Assembly (NCBI GenBank): GCA_964016885.1
Contig: OZ024743.1
Span: forward strand, 170,872,001 to 170,936,000
DNA from: Eledone cirrhosa
Lineage: Eukaryota
Reading direction: 5' to 3'
DNA: 64,000 nucleotides
Shown: piece by piece, positions 1-13,500 of the stretch
How the letters are laid out: every line of letters starts with the position of its first letter
How positions within the stretch are numbered: the stretch's first letter is position 1
The notes under the pieces: model-generated
Seen by the model: only the letters and a program-made list of their open reading frames with translations
The model's database searches: none
Told to the model about the DNA's origin: nothing
Position numbers and translations under genes: made by a program

Positions 1-1119
1 AGACCACTGTATCAACACCATAGTCACAACTACTGTAAGACCACTGTATCAACACCATAGTCATAACTACTGTAAGACCACTGTATCAACACCATAGTCA
101 CAACTACTGTAAGACCACTGTATGAACACCATAGTAATAACAACCGTAAGACCACTGTATAAACACCATAGTCATAACTAATGTAAGACTACTGTATCAA
201 CACCATAGTCACAACTACTGGAAGACCACTGTATCAACACCATAGTCATAAGACCACTGTATCAACATCATAGTCACAACTACTGTAATACCACTGTATC
301 AACACTATAGTCACAACTACTGTAAGACCACTGTGTCAGCACCACAGTCACAACTACTGTAAGACCACTGTATCAACACCATAGTCATAACTACTGTAAG
401 ACCACTGTATCAACACCATAGTCATAAGACCACTGTATCAACACCATAGTCACAACTACTGTAAGACCACTGTATCAACACCATAGTCATAACTACTGTA
501 AGACCACTGTATCAACACCATAGTCACAACTATTTTAAGACCAATGTATCAACACCACAGTCACACCTACAGTAAGATAACTGTATCAACACCATAGTCA
601 CAACTACTGTAAGACCAATGTATGAACACCATATTCATAACTACCGTAAGACCACTGTATCAAAACCATAGTCATAACTATTGTAAGACCACTGTATCAA
701 CACCACAATCACAACTACAGTAAGACCACAGTATCAACACCATAGTCACAACTACTGTAAGACCACTGTATCAACACCATAGTCACAACTACTGTAAGAC
801 CACTGTATGAACACCATATTCATAACTACCGTAAGACCACTGTATCAACACCATAGTCATAACTAATGTAAGACCACTGTATCAACACCATAGTCATAAT
901 AACTGTAAGAACACTGTATCAACACCACAGTCATAACTACAGTAAGACCACTGTATCAACATCACAGTCACAACTACTATAAGACCACTGTATCAACACC
1001 ACAGCCACAACTACTGTAAGACCACTGTATCAACACCATAATCACAACTACTGTAAGACCACTGATTCAACACCGTAGTCACAACTACTGTAAGACCACT
1101 GTATCAACACCACAGTCAC

Positions 1120-1601
1120 AACGTCTGTAAGACCAATGTATCAACACAATAGTCACAACTACTGTAAGCCCACTGTATCAACACCATAGACACAACGACT
1201 GTAAACCACTGTATCAACACCATAGTCACAACTACTGTAGCACCACTATATAAACACCATAGTCATAACTACCGTAAGACCATTGTATCAACACCATAGT
1301 CATAACTAATGTAAGACCACTGTATATAAACCCTTCACAACTACTGTAAGACCACTGTATCAACAACACAGCCCCAACGTCTGTAAGACCACTGTATCAA
1401 CACAATAGTCACAACTACTGTAAGCTCACTGTATCAACACCATAGACACAACGACTGTAAACCACTGTATCAACACCATAGTCACAACTACTGTAGCACC
1501 ACTATATAAACACCATAGTCATAACTACCGTAAGACCATTGTATCAACACCATAGTCATAACTAATGTAAGACCACTGTATATAAACCCTTCACAACTAC
1601 T
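1120..1601. repeat. Tandem duplication of a 7-monomer block, period 256 bp
   Basis: GTAAACCACT at 1201/1457, TGTATATAAACCCTTCAC at 1321/1577 and ACGTCTG at 1121/1377 are all offset by 256. Confidence 0.9.
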
Positions 1602-3324
1602 CTAAGACCACCGTATCAAAACCATAGTCACAACTACTGTAAGACCACTGTATCAACACCATAATCATAACTACCGTAAGACCACTGTATCAACACCATA
1701 GTCATAAGACCACTGTATCAACACCATAGTCACAACTACTGTAAGACCACTGTATCAACACCATAGTCATAACTACTGTAAGATCACTGTATCAACACCA
1801 TAGTCACAACTACTGTAAGACTACTGTGTCAGCACCACAGTCACAACTACTGTAAGACCACTGTATCAACACCATAGTCATAACTACCGTAAGACCACTG
1901 TATCAACACCAGAGTCACAACTACAGTAAGACCACTGTATCAACACGATAGTCATAACTATTGTAAGACCACTGTATCAACACCACAATCACAACTACAG
2001 TAAGACCACAGTATCAACACCATAGTCACAACTTCTGTAAGACCACTGTATGAAAACAATAGTCATAACTACCGTAAGACAACTGTATCAACACCATAGT
2101 CATAACTAATGTAAGACCACTGTAACAACACCATAGTCACAACTACTGTAAGACCACTGTATCAACACCATAGTCACAATAACTGTAAGAACACTGTATC
2201 AACACCACAGTCATAACTACTGTAAGACAACTGTATCAACACCACAGTCACAACTACTGTAAGACCACTGTATCAACACCACAGTCACAACTACTGTAAA
2301 ACCACTGTATAAACACCACAACCACAACTACTGTAAGACCACTGTAACAACACCACAACCACAACTACTGTAAGACCACTGTATCAACACCAGTCATAAC
2401 TACTCTAAGACCACTGTATCAACACCACAGCCACAACTACTGTAAGACCACTGTATCAACACTATAATCACAACTATTGTAAGACCACGGTATCAACACC
2501 GTAGTCACAACTACTGTAAGACCACTGTATCAACACCACAGTCACAACGTCTGTAAGACCACTGAATAAACACCATAGTCACAACTACTGTAAGACCACT
2601 GTATCAACACCACAGTCATAACTAGTCTAAGACCACTGTATCAACACCACAGTCACAACTACTGAAATCCCACTGTATCAACACCACAGCCACAACTACT
2701 GTAAGACCACTGTATCAACACCATAATCACAACTACTGTAAGACCACGGTATCAACACCGTAGTCACAACTACTGTAAGACCACTGTATGAACACCATTG
2801 TCACAACTACTGTAAGACCACTGTATCAACACCATAGTCACGACTACTGTAAGACCACTGTATCAACACCATAGTCACAATAACTGTAAGAACACTGTAT
2901 CAACACCACAATCATAACTACTGTAAGACCACTGTATCAACACCACAGTCACAACTAATGTAAGACCACTGTATCAACACCACAGTCACAACTACTGTAA
3001 GACCACTGTATAAACACCACAACCACAACTACTGTAAGACAACTATATCAACATCACAACCACAACTACTGTAAGACCACTGTATCAACACCACAGTCAT
3101 AACTACTCTAAGACCACTGTATCAACACCACAGCCACAACTACTGTAAGACCACTGTATCAACACCACAGCCACAACTACTGTAAGACCACTGTATCAAC
3201 ACAATAGTCATAACTACCGTAAGACCACTGTATCAACACCATAGTCATGAGACCACTGTATCAACACCATAGTTACAACTACTGTAAGACCACTGTATCA
3301 ACACCATAGTCATAACTACTGTAA

Positions 3325-6150
3325 GACCACTGTATCAACACCATAGTCACAACTATTGTAAGACCACTGTATCAACACCACAGTCACACCTAGAGAAAGA
3401 CCACTGTATCAACACCATAGTCACAACTACTGTAAGACCACTGTATGAACACCATAGTCATAACAACCGTAAGACCACTGTATAAACACCATAGTCATAA
3501 CTAATGTAAGACCACTGTATCAACACCATAGCCACAACTACTGGAAGACCACTGTATCAACACCATAGTCATAAGACCACTGTATCAACACCATAGTCAC
3601 AACTACTGTAATACCACTGTATCAACACCATAGTCACAACTACTGTAAGACCACTGTGTCTGCACCACAGTCACAACTACTGTAAGACCACTGTTTCAAC
3701 ACCATAGTCATAACTACCGTAAGACCACTGTATCAACACCATAGTCATAAGACCACTGTATCAACACCATAGTCACAACGACTGTAAGACCACTGTATCA
3801 ACACCATAGTCATAACTACTGTAAGACCACTGTATCAACACCATAGTCACAACTATTTTAAGACCAATGTATCAACACCACAGTCACACCTACAGTAAGA
3901 CCACTGTATCAACACCATAGTCACAACTACTGTAAGACCACTGTATGAACACCATATTCATAACTACCGTAAGACCACTGTATCAACACCATAGTCATAA
4001 CTAATGTAAGACCACTGTATCAACACCATAGTCACAATAACTGTAAGAACACTGTATCAACACCACAGTGATAACTACTGTAAGAACACTGTATCAACAC
4101 CACAGTTATAACTACAGTAAGACCACTGTATCAACATCACAGTCACAACTACTATAAGACCACTGTATCAACACCACAGCCACAACTACTGTAAGGCCAC
4201 TGTATCAACACCATAATCACAACTACTGTAAGACCACTGATTCAACACCGTAGTCACAACTACTGTAAGACCACTGTATCAACACCACAGTCACAACGTC
4301 TGTAAGACCACTTTATCAACACAATAGTCACAACTACTGTAAGCCCACTGTATCAACACCATAGTCACAACGACTGTAAGACCACTGTATCAACACCATA
4401 GTCACAACTACTGTAGCACCACTATATAAACACCATAGTCATAACTACCGTAAGACCATTGTATCAACACCATAGTCATAACTAATGTAAGACCACTGTA
4501 TAAAAACCATTCACAACTACTGTAAGACCACTGTATCAACAACACAGCCACAACTACTCTAAGACCACTATATCAACACCACAGTCACAACTACTGTAAG
4601 CCCACTGTATCAACAGCATAGTCATAACTACTCTAAGACCACCGTATCAAAACCATAGTCACAACTACTGTAAGACCACTGTATCAACACCATAATCATA
4701 ACTACCGTAAGACCACTGTATCAACACCATAGTCATAAGACCACTGTATCAACACCATAGTCACAACTATTGTAAGACCACTGTATCAACACCACAGTCA
4801 CACCTAGAGAAAGACCACTGTATCAACACCATAGTCACAACTACTGTAAGACCACTGTATGAACACCATAGTCATAACAACCGTAAGACCACTGTATAAA
4901 CACCATAGTCATAACTAATGTAAGACCACTGTATCAACACCATAGCCACAACTACTGGAAGACCACTGTATCAACACCATAGTCATAAGACCACTGTATC
5001 AACACCATAGTCACAACTACTGTAATACCACTGTATCAACACCATAGTCACAACTACTGTAAGACCACTGTGTCAGCACCACAGTCACAACTACTGTAAG
5101 ACCACTGTTTCAACACCATAGTCATAACTACCGTAAGACCACTGTATCAACACCATAGTCATAAGACCACTGTATCAACACCATAGTCACAACGACTGTA
5201 AGACCACTGTATCAACACCATAGTCATAACTACTGTAAGACCACTGTATCAACACCATAGTCACAACTATTTTAAGACCAATGTATCAACACCACAGTCA
5301 CACCTACAGTAAGAAAACTGTATCAACACCATAGTCACAACTACTGTAAGACCACTGTATGAACACCATAGTCATAACTAATGTAAGACCACTGTATCAA
5401 CACCATAGTCACAATAACTGTAAGAACACTGTATCAACACCACAGTGATAACTACTGTAAGAACACTGTATCAACACCACAGTTATAACTACAGTAAGAC
5501 CACTGTATCAACATCACAGTCACAACTACTATAAGACCACTGTATCAACACCACAGCCACAACTACTGTAAGGCCACTGTATCAACACCATAATCACAAC
5601 TACTGTCAGACCACTGATTCAACACCGTAGTCACAACTACTGTAAGACCACTGTATCAACACCACAGTCACAACGTCTGTAAGACCACTTTATCAACACA
5701 ATAGTCACAACTACTGTAAGCCCACTGTATCAACACCATAGTCACAACGACTGTAAGACCACTGTATCAACACCATAGTCACAACTACTGTAGCACCACT
5801 ATATAAACACCATAGTCATAACTACCGTAAGACCATTGTATCAACACCATAGTCATAACTAATGTAAGACCACTGTATAAAAACCATTCACAACTACTGT
5901 AAGACCACTGTATCAACAACACAGCCACAACTACTCTAAGACCACTATATCAACACCACAGTCACAACTACTGTAAGCCCACTGTATCAACAGCATAGTC
6001 ATAACTACTCTAAGACGACCGTATCAAAACCATAGTCACAACTACTGTAAGACCACTGTATCAACACCATAATCATAACTACCGTAAGACCACTGTATCA
6101 ACACCATAGTCATAAGACCACTGTATCAACACCATAGTCACAACTACTGT
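3325..6150. repeat. Tandem duplication, period 1414 bp (1377 bp after loss of one monomer in copy 2)
   Basis: TAGAGAAAG at 3391/4805 (offset 1414) and TAAAAACCATTCAC at 4501/5878 (offset 1377). The ATATTCATAACTACCGT monomer near 3954 is missing near 5370. Confidence 0.9.
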
Positions 6151-7539
6151 AAGACGACTGTATCAACACCATAGTCATAACTACTGTAAGACAACTGTAT
6201 CAACACCATAGTCACAACTACTGTAAGACTACTGTGTCAGCACCACAGTCACAACTACTGTAAGACCACTGTATCAACACCATAGTTATAGCTACCGTAA
6301 GACCACTGTATCAACACCATAGTAATAAGACCACTGTATAAACACCATAGTCACAAATACGGTAAGACCACTGTATCAACACCACATTCACAACTACAGT
6401 AAGACCACTGTATCAACACCATAGTTACAACTACTGTAAGACCACTGTATGAAAACAATAGTCATAACTACCGTAAGACCACTGTATCAACACCATAGTC
6501 ATAACTAATGTAAGACCACTGTATCAACACCATAGTCACAATAACTGTAAGAACACTGTATCAACACCACAGTCATAACTACTGTAAGACCACTGTATCA
6601 ACACCACAGTCACAACTACTGTAAGACCACTGTATCAACACCACTGTCACAACTACTGTAAGACCACTGTATAAACACCACAACCACAACTAATGTAAGA
6701 CGACTGTATCAACACCACAACCACAACTACTGTAACACCACTGTATCAACACCACAGTCATAACTACTCTAAGACCACTGTATCAACACCACACCCACAA
6801 GTACTGTAAGACCACTGTATCAACACCATAATCACAACTACTGTAAGACCACGGTATCAACACCGTAGTCACAACTACTGTAAGACCACTGTATCAACAC
6901 CACAGTCACAACGTCTGTAAGACCACTGTATCAACACCACAGTCACAACTACTGTAAGCCCACTGTATCAACACCACAGCCACAACTACTGTAAGACCAC
7001 TGTATCAACACCATAATCACAACTACTGTAAGACCACGGCATCAACACCGTAGTCACAACTACTGTAAGAACACTGTATGAACATCATAGTCACAACTAC
7101 TGTAAGACCACTGTATCAACACCATAGACATAACTACAGTAAGACCACTGTATCAACACCATAGTCATTAGACCACTGTATCACCACCATAGTCACAACT
7201 ACTGTAAGACCACTGTATGAACACCATAGTCAGAACTACCGTAAGACCACTGTATCAACACCATAGTCATAACTAATGTAAGACCACTGTATCAACACCA
7301 TAGTCACAACTACTGTAAGACCACTGTATCAACACCATAGTCGCAACTACTGTAATACCACTGTATCAACACCATAGTCACAATTACTGTAAGACCACTG
7401 TGTCAGCACCACACTCACAACTACTGTAAGACCACTGTATCAACACCATAGTCATAACTACCGTAAGACCACTGTATCAACACCATAGTCATAAGACCAC
7501 TGTATCAACACCATAGTCACCAATACTGTAAGACCACTG

Positions 7540-10500
7540 TATTAACACCATAGTCATAACTACTGTAAGACCACTGTATCAACACCATAGTCACAACTAT
7601 TTTAAGACCAATGTATCAACACCACAGTCACACCTACAGTAAGACCACTGTATCAACACCATAGTCACAACTACTGTAAGACCACTGTATGAACACCATA
7701 TTCATAACTACCGTAAGACCACTGTATCAACACCATAGTCATAACTAATGTAAGACCACTGTATCAACACCATAGTCACAATAACTGTAAGAACACTGTA
7801 TCAACACCACAGTCATAACTACTGTAAGAACACTGTATCAACACCACAGTTATAACTACAGTAAGACCACTGTATCAACATCACAGTCACAACTACTATA
7901 AGACCACTGTATCAACACCACAGCCACAACTACTGTAAGACCACTGTATCAATACCATAATCACAACTACTGTAAGACCACTGATTCAACACCGTAGTCA
8001 CAACTACTGTAAGCCCACTGTATCAACACCACAGCCACAACTACTGTAAGACCACTGTATCAACACCATAATCACAACTACTGTAAGACCACGGTATCAA
8101 CACCGTAGTCACAACTACTGTAAGACCACTGTATGAACACCATAGTCACAACTACTGTAAGACCACTGTATCAACACCATAGTCATAACTACAGTAAGAC
8201 CACTGTATCAACACCATAGTCATAAGACCACTGTATCAACACCATAGTCACAACTACTGTAAGACCACTGTATCAACACCATAGTCATAACTACTGTAAG
8301 ACCACTGTATCAACACCATAGTCACAACTATTGTAAGACCACTGTATCAACACCACAGTCACACCTACTGTAAGACCACTGTATCACCACCATAGTCACA
8401 ACTACTGTAAGACCACTGTATGAACACCATAGTCAGAACTACCGTAAGACCACTGTATCAACACCATAGTCATAAGTAATGTAAGACCACTGTATCAACA
8501 CCATGGTCACAACTACTGTAAGACCACTGTATCAACACCATAGTCATAAGACCACTGTATCAACACCATAGTCGCAACTACTGTAATACCACTGTATCAA
8601 CACCATAGTCACAACTACTGTAAGACCACTGTGTCAGAACCACAGTCACAACTACTGTAAGACCACTGTATCAACACCATTGTCATAACTACCGTAAGAC
8701 CACTGTATCAACACCATAGTCATAAAAACACTGTATCAACACCATAGTCACAACTACTGTAAGACCACTGTATCAACACCATAGTCATAACTACTGTAAG
8801 ACCACTGTATCAACACCATAGTCACAACTATTTTAAGACCAATGTATCAACACCACAGTCACACCTACAGTAAGACCACTGTATCAACACCATAGTCACA
8901 ACTACTGTAAGACCACTGTATGAACACCATGGTCACAACTACTGTAAGACCACTGTATCAACACCATAGTCATAAGACCACTGTATCAACACCATAGTCA
9001 CAACTACTGTAATACCACTGTATCAACACCACAACCACAACTACTTTAAGACCACTGTATCAACACCAGTCATAACTACTCTAAGACCACTGTATCAACA
9101 CCACAGCCACAACTACTGTAAGACCACTGTATCAACACCATAATCACAACTACTGTAAGACCACGGTATCAACACCGTAGTCACAACTAGTCTAAGACCA
9201 CTGTATCAACACCACAGTCACAACTACTGAAATCCCACTGTATCAACACCTCAGCCACAACTACTGTTAGACCACTGTATCAACACCATAGTCACGACTA
9301 CTGTAAGACCACTGTATCAACACCATAGTCACAATAACTGTAAGAACACTGCATCAACACCACAGTCATAACTACTGTAAGACCACTGTATCAACACCAC
9401 AGTCACAACTACTGTAAGACCACTGTATCAACACCACAATCACAACTACTGTAAGACCACTGTATAAACACCACAACCACAACTACTGTAAGACATCTGT
9501 ATCAACACCACAACCACAACTACTGTAAGACCACTGTATCAACACCACAGTCATAACTACTCTAAGACCACTGTATCAACACCACAGCCACAACTACTGT
9601 AAGACCACTGTATCAACACCACAGCCACAAGTACTGTAAGACCACTGTATCAACACCATAGTCATAACCACCGTAAGACCACTGTATCAACACCATAGTC
9701 ATAAGACCACTGTATCAACACCATAGTCACAACTACTGTAAGACCACTGTATCAACACCATAGTCATAACTACTGTAAGACCACTGTATCAACACCATAG
9801 TCACAACTATTGTAAGACCACTGTATCAACACCACAGTCACACCTAGAGTAAGACCACTGTATCAACATCATAGACATAGACACAACTACTGTAAGACCA
9901 CTGTATCAACACCATAGTCATAACTACCGTAAGACCACTGTATTAACACCATAGTCATAACTAATGTAAGACCACTGTATCAACACCATAGTGACAACTA
10001 CTGTAAGACCACTGTATCAACACCATAGTCATAAGACCACTGTATCAACACCATAGTCACAACTACTGTAATACCACTGTATCAACACCATAGTCACAAC
10101 TACTGTAAGACCACTGTGTCAGCACCACAGTCACAACTAATGTAAGACCACTGTATCAACACCATAGTCATAACTACCGTAAGACCACTGTATCAACACC
10201 ATAGTCATAAGACCACTGTATCAACACCATAGTCACAACTACTGTAAGACCACTGTATCAACACCATAGTCATAACTACTGTAAGACCACTGTATCAACA
10301 CCATAGTCACAACTATTTTAAGACCAATGTATCAACACCACTGTCACACCTACAGTAAGACCACTGTATCAACACCATAGTCACATCTACTGTAAGACCA
10401 CTGTATCAACACCACAGTCATAACTACGCTAAGAACACTGTATCAACACCACAGTTATAACTACAGTAAGACCACTGTATCAACATCACAGTCACAACTA

Positions 10501-13500
10501 CTATAAGACCACTGTATCAACACCACAGCCAGAACTACTGTAAGACCACTGTATCAACACCATAATCACAACTACTGTAAGACCACTGATTCAACACCGT
10601 AGACACAACTACTGTAAGACCACTGTATCACCACCACAGTCACAACGTCTGTAAGACCACTGTATCAACACAATAATCACAACTACTGTAAGCCCACTGT
10701 ATCAACACCATAGTCACAACGACTGTAAGACCACTCCATCAACACCATAGTCACAACTACTGTAGCACCACTGTATAAACACCATAGTCATAGCTACTGT
10801 AAGACCACTGTATCCACACCATAGTCACAACTATTTTAGGACCAATGTATCAACACCACAGTCACACCTACAGTAAGACCACTGTATCAACACCATAGTC
10901 ACAACTACTGTAAGACCACTGTATGAACACCATAGTCATAACTACCGTAAGACCACTGCATCAACACCATAGTCATAACTAATGTAAGACAACTGTATCA
11001 ACACCATAGTCACAATAACTGTAAGAACACTGTATCAACACCACAGTCATAACTACTGTAAGAACACTGTATCAACACCACAGTTATAACTACAGTAAGA
11101 CCACTGTATCAACATCACAGTCACAACTACTATAAGACCACTGTATCAACACCACAGCCACAACTACTATAAGACCACTGTATCAACACCATAATCACAA
11201 CTACTGTAAGACCACTGATTCAACACCGTAGTCACAACTACTGTAAGACCACTGTATCAACACCACAGTCATAACTACTCTAAGACCACTGTATCAACAC
11301 CACAGCCACAACTACTGTAAGACCACTGTATCAACACCATAATCACAACTACTGTAAGACCACGGTATCAACACCGTAGTCACAACTACTGTAAGACCAC
11401 TGTATCAACACCACAGTCACAACGTCTGTAAGACCACTGTATCAACACCATAGTCATAACTACTGTAAGACCACTGTATCAACACCATTGTCATAAGACC
11501 ACTGTATCAACACCATAGTCGCAACTACTGTAATACCACTGTATCAACACCATAGTCACAACTACTGTAAGACCACTGTGTCAGAACCACAGTCACAACT
11601 ACTGTAAGACCACTGTATCAACACCATTGTCATGACTACCGTAAGACCACTGTATCAACACCATAGTCATAAAAACACTGTATCAACACCATAGTCACAA
11701 CTACTGTAAGACCACTGTATCAACACCATAGTCATAACTACTGTAAGACCACTGTATCAACACCATAGTCACAACTATTTTAAGACCAATGTATCAACAC
11801 CACAGTCACACCTACAGTAAGACCACTGTATCAACACCATAGTCACAACAACTGTAAGACCACTGTATTAACACCATGGTCACAACTACTGTAAGACCAC
11901 TGTATCAACACCATAGTCATAAGACCACTGTATCAACACATTAGTCACAACTACTGTAATACCACTGTATCAACACCACAACCACAACTACTTTAAGACC
12001 ACTGTATCAACACCAGTCATAACTACTCTAAGACCACTGTATCAACACCACAGCCACAACTACTGTAAGACCACTGTATCAACACCATAATCACAACTAC
12101 TGTAAGACCACGGTATCAACACCGTAGTCACAACTAGTCTAAGACCACTGTATCAACACCACAGTCACAACTACTGAAATCCCACTGTATCAACACCTCA
12201 GCCACAACTACTGTTAGACCACTGTATCAACACCATAGTCACGACTACTGTAAGACCACTGTATCAACACCATAGTCACAATAACTGTAAGAACACTGTA
12301 TCAACACCATAGTCATAAAAACACTGTATCAACACCATAGTCACAACTACTGTAAGACCACTGTATCAACACCATAGTCATAACTACTGTAAGACCACTG
12401 TATAAACACCATAGTCACAACTATTTTAAGACCAATGTATCAACACCACAGTCACACCTACAGTAAGACCACTGTATCAACACCATAGTCACAACTACTG
12501 TAAGACCACTGTATGAACACCATGGTCACAACTACTGTAAGACCACTGTATCAACACCATAGTCATAAGACCACTGTATCAACACCATAGTCACAACTAC
12601 TGTAATACCACTGTATCAACACCACAACCACAACTACTTTAAGACCACTGTATCAACACCAGTCATAACTACTCTAAGACCACTGTATCAACACCACAGC
12701 CACAACTACTGTAAGACCACTGTATCAACACCATAATCACAACTACTGTAAGACCACGGTATCAACACCGTAGTCACAACTAGTCTAAGACCACTGTATC
12801 AACACCACAGTCACAACTACTGAAATCCTACTGTATCAACACCTCAGCCACAACTACTGTTAGACCACTGTATCAACACCATAGTCACGACTACTGTAAG
12901 ACCACTGTATCAACACCATAGTCACAATAACTATAAGAACACTGTATCAACACCACAGTCATAACTACTGTAAGACCACTGTATCAACACCACAGTCACA
13001 ACTACTGTAAGACCACTGTATCAACACCACAATCACAACTACTGTAAGACCACTGTATAAACACCACAACCACAACTACTGTAAGACATCTGTATCAACA
13101 CCACAACCACAACTACTGTAAGACCACTGCATCAACACCACAGTCATAACTACTCTAAGACCACTGTATCAACACCACAGCCACAACTACTGTAAGACCA
13201 CTGTATCAACACCACAGCCACAAGTACTGTAAGACCACTGTATCAACACCATAGTCATAACCACCGTAAGACCACTGTATCAACACCATAGTCATAAGAT
13301 CACTGTATCAACACCATAGTCACAACTACTGTAAGACCACTGTATCAACACCATAGTCATAACTACTGTAAGACCACTGTATCAACACCATAGTCATAAC
13401 TACTGTAAGACCACTGTATCAACACCATAGTCACAACTATTTTAAGACCAATGTATCAACACCACAGTCACACCTACAGTAAGACCACTGTATCAACACC

